From NCBI GenBank assembly GCA_965206595.1, contig OZ242214.1:4224001-4288000 (forward strand): a stretch of DNA of 64,000 bases, written 5' to 3'. Of the stretch, positions 21,510 to 30,893 are shown piece after piece. A program made the translations under genes and the position numbers. The DNA is from Candidatus Latescibacterota bacterium (GTDB lineage Bacteria > Latescibacterota > UBA2968 > UBA8231). Position 1 is the first letter of the stretch; every line of letters starts with the position of its first letter. The notes under the pieces were generated by a model, which had not been told where the DNA came from, did no database searches, and worked only from the letters and a program-made list of their open reading frames with translations.

Positions 21510-24131
21510 TCAGTAGGCGAGGTGAACGAGCCGATGCGCGGTTGTCGCCGTAGCCGATTCCGAGTCGGCGTCCACATCGATGCGGGCGATGTAGGTTCCG
21601 GGGAGGGCAACGCCGCCGGAGGCGTCCCGGCCGTTCCACGCCATCGAGTAGCTGCCCCTGGGGTCGGCGCGCTTCTCCATCAGCTCCTCGACGACAACGC
21701 CGCGGAAATCGAATACAGTGAGCTTTACGGTCTGCACGGCGCTGATCCGGGTTACGTTGAAGTCGAAGCTCACCTCGTCGTTGATTCCGTCCCCGTTCGG
21801 CGTCAGCACCCGGGTACCGGCCTCGAGGTCGCGGATAACCTGGTTTCCCCCCAGGGCGAGCAAGGTCGTTGTCTGGCTGTCCACCAGATCCGTGGCGTCG
21901 CCCGGGTCGACGCGCTGCCAACCGGGGGAGCGCGAATCCTGTCCAGCGGCCTTGAAGGACGTACTAGTGGAATAGGTGGTGGCCAGAAAGCGGACTTCGA
22001 CCAGTTCGACGCCGCGGTTCAACGGCTCGGGAAAACGAAACCACACGCTGCCGGCCGGAGAATCGATCACCTCCAGCTCCAGCAGTTCGAATACCGTTTC
22101 CCGTCCGAGTTCGAAATCCCCATCGCTTCCGGCACGCGCCTCGACCAGGTCGAGGGTCGCGTCTCCACTCGCTTCAATCCTGAACTCGTCGAACCCCTGG
22201 CCGGAGCCGAAGAAGGGGCGCAGGAAGAAAGAGAGCTCCCGAGGCCGGCCCAGCTCGTCGATCAGGGTCGGTGAGATTTCCCCGACCAGCCGGTTGGCGA
22301 CCGGGTCGGAGAGATTCACCCGGATGGAGTGCAACCGGGCGGCTGCATGCGGGTCCCGGGACAGGATCGACGCCTTGATCTGCATGTACTGACGAGGGCT
22401 CGGGGAGGTGATTTCCGCCCCCTGTCGCACGTAGGGAACGCTCCACGGGCTCCAGTCCCCGGATGGCTCGAACCGGGTCTCGATATCTCCCCGCTTTGCC
22501 TTGGGCAGCCGGTCGTAGCGGCTCTGGGAGATGATATTGCCCCCTGAGTCGTAGTAGATGTAGATCTCGTCGAGTGTGTCTCCCGACCGGGTCCGAAGCT
22601 GCACGCTGGTTCCATGTGGAGTATCGGCCTCCCATTCCAGCGACAGCAGGTTCTTGCTGCTGTCGAGCAGTATCAGGTCGGAGGTCAGCTCGACGCCGGC
22701 AACGAACCCCTCTCCGTAAACCAGCATTTCGAGGATACCCCACCACAGCTTCCGGTTCATGAAGCGCCCGAAATTGCCGAAGGGGGCCCTGATGTAGCGG
22801 GCGGCGACGGGCTCCATCGAGAACTGGAAGTACTTCGCCCTGTTGTCGGCGGCGGGGATCTCCTGCAGGACCCCGGCGACGTTGTCACCGGCCACGCGCC
22901 TCCAGGCGAGGCCGCCGTCCGGGGTACGCGATCCGTCGGAGACCTCGACGGAGAGCTCGTCGATGCCGCCTTCGCCGTCGTTGAGGAACTGCACGGTATC
23001 GATCCAGTAGTGGGCCCCGAGATCCACGAGGATGTGGTAGACGAGGCCGCCGAATATGGTGCCGTTGTGCCCGGTGGAGTACATGCCGTCGGATATGGTG
23101 TTGCCGAGGTTCTTGGGAGTGGGGGAATCGATCTCCACGGTCGCGAGTCCGCCGCGTTGGGCCAAGCCGAACAGGAGGTTGTCGCCGGCAGTCCAGGCCT
23201 CGATCTCGGCCAGGCGGGGCAGCTCCCTGCGGTAGTACCGGATCCGCCCCCTTCTCTCCGGCGCCAGGTCCTCGAATTCCTCCTCCGAGATCGCCGTTTC
23301 CCTTCCCGAAGGCTCGCTCCGGTAATACTCCGCGGCCCCCTTCCTGCCGGCGGGAAGCAGTTCGTACGCTTCCGCGGACACCTCCTCGGCGCGGTCGAGA
23401 TCGCTGTCGGTAACGACCACCCGGATCTTCTCGAGGGCGTCGCCGGCGAAGCCGCCCCTCGTAATGATTGTGCGGTGGCCCACGCCGCCGGACTGGGACC
23501 GCGGGGCGGGGAAGTACTCGAAGACCCGCCGGGTCTTGTTCGGGCGGTCCGTCCTGCCGATTTCCCAGTAGTTGGGAACGCTCGTGCCGTCGAGGTAGAA
23601 ATCGGGAGCCGACACCGGGGGAGGGGTGTGCCAGAGCAGGACCTTGAACTGGTTGAAAGGATCGCCGTCCCCCTCTTCGGCGAAGCGAAGCACGATCCGG
23701 TCCACCACGACGATGCGTCCCAGGTTGACCTCGACCCACCAGTTTTCCACGCCGCTCTCGAGATCGGGGCCCCAGGCCGTGCTCAGATCGCCGTCGAGGA
23801 GGAAGTCAGCCTCTTCAGGATTGGAGCCGGCCGTCGCTCCGCCCTGGTTGTCCTCGGTCGCGAATCCGGTTGCTTCGAGGGATGCGTTGACGTTCTTGCG
23901 GATGAACTGCGGCCCGACGGATCCCGAGGGAGAGATCTCTACAGTTCCTCCGGCCACCTCCCAGGCACGCCAATGGGAGCTGCGGTCGACGACGATACGG
24001 TTTCCGGTGATGAGGTGGCCCTGCTGTGCCGGAGAGCTCTGAGGGCAGAGCAGGCAGAGGCAGAACGCCGCAAAGGCAAACGGCAGATGAGATGAAGGGG
24101 GTGTGCCCGAGAGTGTCATGGTGCCATCCAT
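21510..24131 (-). CDS. Secreted protein with C-terminal FlgD Ig-like domain (LTPNGD-type tail), paralog of 10082..12085
   Basis: Signal-like hydrophobic stretch, LLDGDLSTAW, RTRSGDT..WSPWSVPY..ITSPSPRQY, and VLTPNGDGINDE...WNGRDASGGVALPGTY. Start uncertain. Confidence 0.8.
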   Translation of the reverse strand: MDGTMTLSGTPPSSHLPFAFAAFCLCLLCPQSSPAQQGHLITGNRIVVDRSSHWRAWEVAGGTVEISPSGSVGPQFIRKNVNASLEATGFATEDNQGGATAGSNPEEADFLLDGDLSTAWGPDLESGVENWWVEVNLGRIVVVDRIVLRFAEEGDGDPFNQFKVLLWHTPPPVSAPDFYLDGTSVPNYWEIGRTDRPNKTRRVFEYFPAPRSQSGGVGHRTIITRGGFAGDALEKIRVVVTDSDLDRAEEVSAEAYELLPAGRKGAAEYYRSEPSGRETAISEEEFEDLAPERRGRIRYYRRELPRLAEIEAWTAGDNLLFGLAQRGGLATVEIDSPTPKNLGNTISDGMYSTGHNGTIFGGLVYHILVDLGAHYWIDTVQFLNDGEGGIDELSVEVSDGSRTPDGGLAWRRVAGDNVAGVLQEIPAADNRAKYFQFSMEPVAARYIRAPFGNFGRFMNRKLWWGILEMLVYGEGFVAGVELTSDLILLDSSKNLLSLEWEADTPHGTSVQLRTRSGDTLDEIYIYYDSGGNIISQSRYDRLPKAKRGDIETRFEPSGDWSPWSVPYVRQGAEITSPSPRQYMQIKASILSRDPHAAARLHSIRVNLSDPVANRLVGEISPTLIDELGRPRELSFFLRPFFGSGQGFDEFRIEASGDATLDLVEARAGSDGDFELGRETVFELLELEVIDSPAGSVWFRFPEPLNRGVELVEVRFLATTYSTSTSFKAAGQDSRSPGWQRVDPGDATDLVDSQTTTLLALGGNQVIRDLEAGTRVLTPNGDGINDEVSFDFNVTRISAVQTVKLTVFDFRGVVVEELMEKRADPRGSYSMAWNGRDASGGVALPGTYIARIDVDADSESATATTAHRLVHLAY

Positions 24132-24317
24132 TCTTTCCGCGCCGGAGGGCGGGTCTCCTGCCCGGAGGTTACGATTACGGCATGGCAGAGGTTGGATCTT
24201 TCCCTTGCGGGAACGGCCCCGGCTTCCCGGATCCCGGAAAGCGGTTGACGCGGCAGTTGGGGCGCTAAGGCGGTGGAGACGAGCAGCCACGTTGGACGTC
24301 CGCCGGCCCGGGAGGCT

Positions 24318-25436
24318 TCAGTAGCTGTAGGTGAAATGGAGATCCACCCGGTTGGCGGTCCCGTCGTGCGATTGCTTGTACTCCGTCGTCCAGTGCAAAT
24401 ACTCGACCGCGGCCTGGAAGTTCTTCCAGGGCCGGTAGCGGTTCACCAGGTAGACCGCCTGATTCCTGGTGCGCCCCCCTTCGGGCACCGTCTCCTCATC
24501 CGGTGTGTCCATGAGCACTCCGGCATACAGCTTCCAACCCTCGCTCGGCTTGACCAGGACATGGACCCAGCCGCCGGAGGACGCGATCTCCTCTCCGGTC
24601 TCCGTGTTGATTCCCTGGCCGATGCCGCCGCGGATATCGGAGAGATTGCTGCCGGTCCAGCCCTCTCCTTCGATGGCCAGCCTGTCAGCCGGGGATACCG
24701 AGAAGTCCAGTCCCACCACCGTCGAAGTGAAGTTGGAGGAATTGCCGGCTACCGGGGTAGCTGTCTCCTCCGACCCTCTATGGGCCCAGGCGCCGGCCTT
24801 GAATCTTTTTTGCTCAATCCCGACCCGTGTCTGCACGAAGGGCATCCCTGCCTCCGAGCCATCGAGAATGCCGTTGCCGTCGAGATCCTTCTTGTCCACC
24901 GCCCCTGTCTGGCCGACGGCGATTGCCGCGGAAAATCCGGTCCCGGACTTGTAGGTGAGCCGCGCCTGGGGGTGGCGGTCGCCAAGATTGCCGGTGTTCC
25001 ACATCATTCCGTCGTTGTTGGCCGCCGGGAACAGGGGGGAAATCAGGTCCCAGGTCTGACCGGCAAGGAAGTGCCAATTTCCTTGCCTCAGGTTGAAATA
25101 CGCCTTCCGCAGGCGCAGAATCTGACGCGATTCGCTGCCGCCGTTCTGGAAGTCGGTTTCGATGACCCCGCTTATCTCGCTGTCTTCCCCCAATTCGACT
25201 GGCGTGAACCTGGCCCCCATCCGGGTGAGGCGGGGGTACATGGTCAGATTGCCGTTGTCTTCGGCCCCCGGGGGCTCGGACTTCACCCAGTTGGGGTATT
25301 GATGGTGAGACAGCCTTGAGTCGTCGAGGACGGCGTCGAAGCGGATGAAGCCGTAGGGGGTGAATTGTCCTGCAGACCCCGGCTCCGACCCTCCTAGCAG
25401 GCAGATCAGCACAAATAAAGGAATTGCCTTCTTCAC
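24318..25436 (-). CDS. Outer-membrane porin, DcaP-like
   Basis: Signal peptide, YGFIRFD, TRMG, IETDF, LRLRKAY, FLAGQTWD, RHPQARLT, and a C-terminal aromatic residue (FTYSY). Confidence 0.7.
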   Translation of the reverse strand: MKKAIPLFVLICLLGGSEPGSAGQFTPYGFIRFDAVLDDSRLSHHQYPNWVKSEPPGAEDNGNLTMYPRLTRMGARFTPVELGEDSEISGVIETDFQNGGSESRQILRLRKAYFNLRQGNWHFLAGQTWDLISPLFPAANNDGMMWNTGNLGDRHPQARLTYKSGTGFSAAIAVGQTGAVDKKDLDGNGILDGSEAGMPFVQTRVGIEQKRFKAGAWAHRGSEETATPVAGNSSNFTSTVVGLDFSVSPADRLAIEGEGWTGSNLSDIRGGIGQGINTETGEEIASSGGWVHVLVKPSEGWKLYAGVLMDTPDEETVPEGGRTRNQAVYLVNRYRPWKNFQAAVEYLHWTTEYKQSHDGTANRVDLHFTYSY

Positions 25437-25712
25437 GAATCGCTCCTTTGCAGTTGAAGTTCCGTGCCCACTTAACAGGGAAACCGTCGCTGTGCCTTCC
25501 TTGGAAACCGTTCCGGTCGATGTTGGGAATCACATGTTTCGCCGGTGCCTGACTTCGAAAAAATCATAACTGTAATACGCGGACAGGGAAAGAACCGGCC
25601 TGGCGGTGGTTGTGGCGAGCTCTGTCTGCAACCTAAGAGTTGCAGACAGACATTCCGGGTCTATGTTTCCCGGTCTCAAACCGGCAGGAATCGGAACAAG
25701 GAGAAAACAATT

Positions 25713-26234
25713 ATGGCTCGCACTGGAGCCGTAACCTTCATGGGGGGACCCCTGACCCTGGCAGGTGAGGAGCTTCACGTCGGACAGCAGGCCCCCGATT
25801 TCGTTCTGCACTACTTCGAGGAGGGTATGCGGACCATTACCCTGGCCGATCTCGAGGGAAAGCCTTCCATCATAAGTGTGGTGCCCTCCCTCGACACCCC
25901 AGTCTGCGCCGTGCAGACGAGACGTTTCAACGAAGAGCTCGCCGGTCTGGGGGACCGCGTCCACGCCTTGACGGTAAGCTGCGATCTGCCGTTTGCGATC
26001 GCCCGCTTCTGTGGCGAAGAGGGGATCGCCAACATGCGCACCGGCAGCGACTACCAGGATCGCAGGTTCGGAGAGGATTGGGGGATGATGATCGAGGAGC
26101 TGAGAATCCTGGCCCGGGCCGTCTTCGTGCTCGACGCCAGTGGAAAGATCGTCTACTCACAGGTTGTTCCCGAGGTGACCGACGAACCCGACTACGACGC
26201 GGCGTTGGCCGCACTCGGGGAACTGGCCGGCTGA
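25713..26234 (+). CDS. tpx: Thiol peroxidase (atypical 2-Cys peroxiredoxin)
   Basis: VTFMGGPLTLAG, SVVPSLDTPVC, SCDLPFAIARFCG and EPDYDAAL. AAGGAG RBS. Confidence 0.95.
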   Translation: MARTGAVTFMGGPLTLAGEELHVGQQAPDFVLHYFEEGMRTITLADLEGKPSIISVVPSLDTPVCAVQTRRFNEELAGLGDRVHALTVSCDLPFAIARFCGEEGIANMRTGSDYQDRRFGEDWGMMIEELRILARAVFVLDASGKIVYSQVVPEVTDEPDYDAALAALGELAG

Positions 26235-26291
26235 GCGGCCTTCCTCCCGGCCCCCCACCTCCGGCTGCGTGCTGGAAACCGCGATCCGGCG

Positions 26292-27449
26292 TCAGCTGCT
26301 CACGCAGCGCCGGATCCAGTCGAGGTTCGGGCGCGGCATGATGCCGTAGTTGTAGAAGGAGAACTGTTCCCCCCCGCATTCCCGGGCGCGCGCGAAGACG
26401 GCTGCGAGGGTTTCCGCGTCACCTGCGCACGGGGGATAGGCCTGCAATCCGACGACCAGCCTCCCCGGCTCGATCCGCGACTGCTCGAGAGCTCCCTTGA
26501 CCCGTTCTTCGAGGATCTCCGGGCTGGCGGTGTAAACCAGCGCCCCGAGGAAGTCGCATTGCCCGGCGATCTTTTCCGGCCTGATGCCGGCCAACCAGCG
26601 GTCTCCCATCAGCAGGAAGGAGACCTCGGGAGCGCCGCTGTCCGCCTTGATTCTGCCGATCAGCGAGGTCACGAGATCTTCCCGCATCTCCTGGAACGCC
26701 GCCAGCTCGGGATGCGACTCCACGAATGAGGGGATTTCTCCTTCCAGCCCCTTCCCCGAGGCGAAGACCTGGTCCAGCTGCCGCTTGACCCACGATTTCA
26801 GTCCCGCTGCGTCGATGCCTCGCTGTTTCGCCCTGGCAACGCAACCGGGAGAAAAGCACAGGCTGTACAGGTAGTTTCCCACGGTGCCCAGGGGCACGCC
26901 GTCCTTGGTGTGGAAGTGGGAATGCCCGTACCCGCCGAAGTTGCAGGTCTCGAGTTCGACCCGCCTGACTCCGTAGTTGGCGACGAGATCGGTGCAGAGG
27001 GCGGAGACATAGGCGCGCACCTCTTCTTCCCCGGGACACAGGATCCAGCCGAGGTTGTCGCCGTATGCGGTCTGCTGGGCGTACTGGGGATAGGTCCGCG
27101 CCAGGCGGCTGGTGTGCAGGCAGACCGTCCAGCTGATGAGATCGAGGCCCTGTCCGTAACAGGTTTCGGCCAGTTCCTGCAAGGGGTTGGAGTCCCGGGC
27201 AAGGGGAGCGACGTAGGGCTCGATGGCGGTATCGCCGTACAAGCTGCCGTCGGGAAGGAAGTAGACCGCGGCGGAGTCGCCCGTGAGCAACTTGCGGCCC
27301 TGCCGGCGAGGCCGCACCTGCTGGAAGGTGTGGTAGGCCGTGGCGACGCTGATCGCGTCAAGGCCGATCTCATGGCGCAGATAGCGGACCGATTCGGCGA
27401 TGCCGTCGTCACAGAGATCCCACAGATAGGTCCAGATGGTGTTGTACAT
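26292..27449 (-). CDS. Hypothetical TIM-barrel protein (glycoside hydrolase-like)
   Basis: Long ORF with typical codon use. YLWDL, ATAYH, WTVCLH, LCP and FSFYNYG are conserved-looking motifs. Confidence 0.65.
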   Translation of the reverse strand: MYNTIWTYLWDLCDDGIAESVRYLRHEIGLDAISVATAYHTFQQVRPRRQGRKLLTGDSAAVYFLPDGSLYGDTAIEPYVAPLARDSNPLQELAETCYGQGLDLISWTVCLHTSRLARTYPQYAQQTAYGDNLGWILCPGEEEVRAYVSALCTDLVANYGVRRVELETCNFGGYGHSHFHTKDGVPLGTVGNYLYSLCFSPGCVARAKQRGIDAAGLKSWVKRQLDQVFASGKGLEGEIPSFVESHPELAAFQEMREDLVTSLIGRIKADSGAPEVSFLLMGDRWLAGIRPEKIAGQCDFLGALVYTASPEILEERVKGALEQSRIEPGRLVVGLQAYPPCAGDAETLAAVFARARECGGEQFSFYNYGIMPRPNLDWIRRCVSS

Positions 27450-27559
27450 GCGTCAGTGCTCCGTCGAGAGAGGATTTTCGATAGTACTTCCGGACAAGCC
27501 CGGTGCACAGGGGCAGCCGGCGCGATCTCAGAAGAGGCTGCCCGTCGCTGTCAGTCAAA

Positions 27560-27830
27560 TATCAGGAGAAAAAAATGCTTTCGGTGGCACAGCGTTTCCT
27601 CGATCCCCGACATACGATCTTTTCAAGGCGATCGCCGATGAGCTCGGACTCGCCGTCTCGAGCGTCACGATCGACGTCATCGGAGATTCTGTCCTCCACA
27701 CGTCTCGGTTGCGCGCGGATCACCGCGGTGGACTTGGAGGCCTCCCCGGGGGACGCGCTGGCTGTCGCACAACGTACCTTCGCGGACATAGTCGGAACGG
27801 CCGCTCTTCTCGAGCACCTGACATTGAGGT
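27560..27830 (+). pseudogene. Bifunctional nuclease (DUF151) remnant
   Basis: FPRSPTYDLFKAIADELGLAVSSVTID is in one frame and VDLEASPGDALAVAQRT in another. These resemble the RPxTHDL and DARPSDAIALA motifs. Confidence 0.55.
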
Positions 27831-28021
27831 TGGAGGACGGATCGGAATCGGCGGCACCAGCAGGAAAAACAGCCTCGGCCGGCCGGAAGCTGGCAGAGCA
27901 CCGGGAAGACACCGATCCTTAGTTGCGACAGCTGCGGGATCAGAGCGGTGACGGGTAACAGCTGCCAACCCCGGCGCATCCCTGCCCTACTTCCGCGGCT
28001 CCGCGGAGACCGGATTATCCG

Positions 28022-28810
28022 ATGTTGACAGATCAGCAAATCAGCCATTTCCAGGCGTTCGGCCTGTTGGTCCTTCGCGGCGCCTTCTCCAACGCCGAAA
28101 CCGGGGAGCTCATCGATGAGACCGAGAGGCTGTATCGCCGAATCCTCGGACGCGAACCGCAGGAGGATGAAGTGGTATGGGAAGCCGAGTTTGTCGAACG
28201 CAGCCAGCAGTTGATGGGGCTGATCGATGACGAGCGCATCCACGAGGCAGCCCGCGACCTGATCGGAGACCGCTTTCTGTGGGTCGGTTCGGAAGGAATG
28301 CGGGGCGTGGACCGGAACGGACCGGTCCATCATTGGCATACCGACGGGGACAAATCGAGGGTGAAGCTGACCTCCCGGCGTTTGAAGATCATGCTCTACC
28401 TCGACCCGCTGACCCGGGAGGAAGGTGCACTTCGCGTTATCCCTGGGTCGCACCGGTCGCCCCTGTTCGACACCCTCCTGCCTTTCCAGGATGAGCATAC
28501 AAAGAAACACCCCGTCTTTTTCGGGCTGCAGGGCCAGGACATACCCGGGTGCGCCGTAGAGACGGCTCCCGGCGACATCGCGATCGTGAACCCCTGGATA
28601 TTTCACTCCGTGTACGGCAAGGTGGGGAGGCGAAGAACCATCGTTTTGAAGTTCGCCGGGCGACCCCAGACCGAGGCCGAGCTGAAAGAGCTGAAACAGT
28701 CTCCAGGTATCTTCAACCCTCATCGAGCCCTGCTGGAAAGCAGGAGCCCGCGGATCAGGCGGATGGTCGAGGGCTTGGCCGCGCTCGAAAAGAAGGCAGC
28801 GGCAGTATGA
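28022..28810 (+). CDS. Phytanoyl-CoA dioxygenase (PhyH) family 2OG-Fe(II) oxygenase
   Basis: MLTDQQISHFQAFGLLVLRG, WHTD, GALRVIPGSH and PGD...IFHS...RR. Confidence 0.88.
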   Translation: MLTDQQISHFQAFGLLVLRGAFSNAETGELIDETERLYRRILGREPQEDEVVWEAEFVERSQQLMGLIDDERIHEAARDLIGDRFLWVGSEGMRGVDRNGPVHHWHTDGDKSRVKLTSRRLKIMLYLDPLTREEGALRVIPGSHRSPLFDTLLPFQDEHTKKHPVFFGLQGQDIPGCAVETAPGDIAIVNPWIFHSVYGKVGRRRTIVLKFAGRPQTEAELKELKQSPGIFNPHRALLESRSPRIRRMVEGLAALEKKAAAV

Positions 28811-28979
28811 CCGCCTCAACGGACATCCAACGCAACCGGTGGGCATGCATTGGCCACGGCAACCGGGTCTGTGAGCAAGTCAGGCCGCCCGCTGCCCGGC
28901 CTCGCCTGAAGGGCAACTCCGGACCCCGGCCCCGGAGAGGTGCGGGTGCGCATGAAGACCTCCTCGATCTGCGAGCCGG

Positions 28980-29327
28980 CTACCAGCCGATCCGGGCTTG
29001 TGGGATTTCGCCGTACTCCCGGTGGCGCGCGATGTCTCGCGGCATGGTTTTGACGTAGTCTCCACGGATCGCGTACAGGCGGGCGCTGTCGAGCTCGATC
29101 TCGAGGCGCAGAAAGCGTTCCTTCAAAGCCGACATTTTTCTGCCGTCTTTCCAGGCCGGGGTCCAGGCGGTGTCGTCGCCGGAGAACGGCTGGCAGTCCT
29201 CGAAGCAGTACCCTTCCAACGGCGCCCCCATCGGGTCGGTGACCTGCGCGCGCACCCTGCCCCCCTGGCTGGCGACGTTGTCAAGCCGGTTGAGTCTCTG
29301 GTCGTCGAACAGCAGTGTGGTGGTCAT
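28980..29327 (-). pseudogene. Internally deleted glycoside-hydrolase-like gene (N-terminus fused to C-terminal beta-sandwich)
   Basis: MTTTLLFDDQRLNRLDNV is followed directly by GGRVRAQVTD..PLEGYCFEDCQPFSGD..W..LRLEIELDSARLYA, a module that normally ends much longer beta-propeller proteins. Confidence 0.5.
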
Positions 29328-29346
29328 GCCGGAGGAACCGCCGGTG

Positions 29347-30039
29347 TCAGTTTGTCTGCTCGAGCTGCTGCAGTTTCTCCCGTACTTCCGCGAAGTCGGG
29401 ATCGAGCTTCGCAACCTTCTCGAAGACTTCCCTGGCCTTGGTGAACCGCCCGCGCTCGAAATAAACCATCCCCAACTCGTAGGCAGCCTGCGGGTCCCGG
29501 GGGGCTCGCGACACAGCCCGTTTTCGGGCTTTCAGGTTCTTTTCAAATGATTTTATATCCTGAAAAGCATGCATCAAACGTTGTCCTTCCTCGCGACCTT
29601 GCCTGATGTAGAGCCGCGCCAGATTGTAGTGCGCTGAAGCGTGGTCGGGATCCAGAGCAATGGCTTTTTGGTAGAATGCCGACGCGTCAGCCTCCCCACC
29701 GAGCTTCTCGAGGAGGGCGGCGAGCCGATAGTACGAGTCCCCGTATTCCCGATCCAGCTCGATTGCCCGCTGATAGTAGATGCGGGCGGTTTCCAGGTTT
29801 CCCTCCTGTTCGTTGATCGAGCCCAGGTCGCGAAAATCCCTTGCGCTTGCGATTCCAAGGGCCATTGCCCGTTCGTACGCCTCCCTGGCCTTGGGATGAT
29901 CCCCAAGGGCCATGTAGCTCCAACCAAGGCGCTGGAAAATCGGCCCTTCCCGGGGAGATAAAACGAGAGCCTTCTCATACACCTCGATCGCCTCGTGAAG
30001 CTGCTCCTGCTGGTGGTAGACGTATCCGAGGTTTGCCAT
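29347..30039 (-). pseudogene. TPR-repeat protein, 5' end removed by IS5 insertion
   Basis: Tandem TPR motifs (NLG..Y...A...YEKAL.L.P). The ORF begins mid-repeat immediately at the IS end. Confidence 0.75.
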
Positions 30040-30893
30040 GGACCTATCTCAAAATTGAAATTGTTTAAGTAAAATCAAAATGGATGCAAGTTGGACGAAG
30101 CCAAGAAAATTCTCCGGATACAATTCCCAGCGAGTGATCACTCGACGCTGCCATTGAAGCCAAGCAAAGAATCTCTCAACCATCCAACGCCGCACATAAC
30201 GCCGCAATCGCCGTCCGTCCTGAGTCTTTTTCTTGGTCCGATTCTGGCGATGCGGGGCGATCATCTCGATCCCGTCTTTCTTACGTTCTTCATCCAACGA
30301 ATCGCTGTCGTACGCTTTGTCACCGATCAAGTTGTCAGGTTGGTCTTCGATGAGGTAAAAGTCAAAGGTCAACTGAACCAGCGTCACTTCATGATGGTTC
30401 GCTGCATGCGTGCTCACCGACAAGGGAAGCCCATTGCCGTCGACGATCCCCATGACCCGCACCCCCTTACCTCGCTTGGTGTGGCCGATATCGGCACCTC
30501 CACCCTTGGCCGCCGAGAACATGCCATCGATGAAAGCCTCCGATTCGTCCAGGCCCCCTTGCTCGTGAAGTGTCTGGGCCAAGTCCATGAGAACTTCGCG
30601 TACCACCCCTTGACGACACCCGTTTTGAAAACGGCGATGCACGGTTTTGTAGTTCGGATAGCACGGCGGCAACATAGGCCATTGAGCCCCGGTGTTTAGA
30701 ATCCAAAGGACGGCTTCAAAAACATCACGCGTGCAAACCGGTTTGCGACCCGGATGGCTCTTGGGACGAAGTTCTTCAGGAAAGTGATGGCGGATTCGTT
30801 GCCATTGCATGTCGGTCAGATTGACCATACACCAATGGTACATCACTGTCATTTCGAAAACAAGTTTAAGTTTGCCTATTTTGAGATAGGTTC
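30040..30893 (-). mobile_element. IS5-family insertion sequence, copy 1
   Basis: Terminal IRs GGACCTATCTCAAAAT / ATTTTGAGATAGGTTC enclosing a transposase. Confidence 0.92.
30049..30852 (-). CDS. IS5-family transposase
   Basis: LTDMQW, ILNTGAQW..LP..YPNYKTVHRRF, FIDG, IGDKAYDSD and RRWMVERFFAWL. Confidence 0.93.
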   Translation of the reverse strand: MTVMYHWCMVNLTDMQWQRIRHHFPEELRPKSHPGRKPVCTRDVFEAVLWILNTGAQWPMLPPCYPNYKTVHRRFQNGCRQGVVREVLMDLAQTLHEQGGLDESEAFIDGMFSAAKGGGADIGHTKRGKGVRVMGIVDGNGLPLSVSTHAANHHEVTLVQLTFDFYLIEDQPDNLIGDKAYDSDSLDEERKKDGIEMIAPHRQNRTKKKTQDGRRLRRYVRRWMVERFFAWLQWQRRVITRWELYPENFLGFVQLASILILLKQFQF

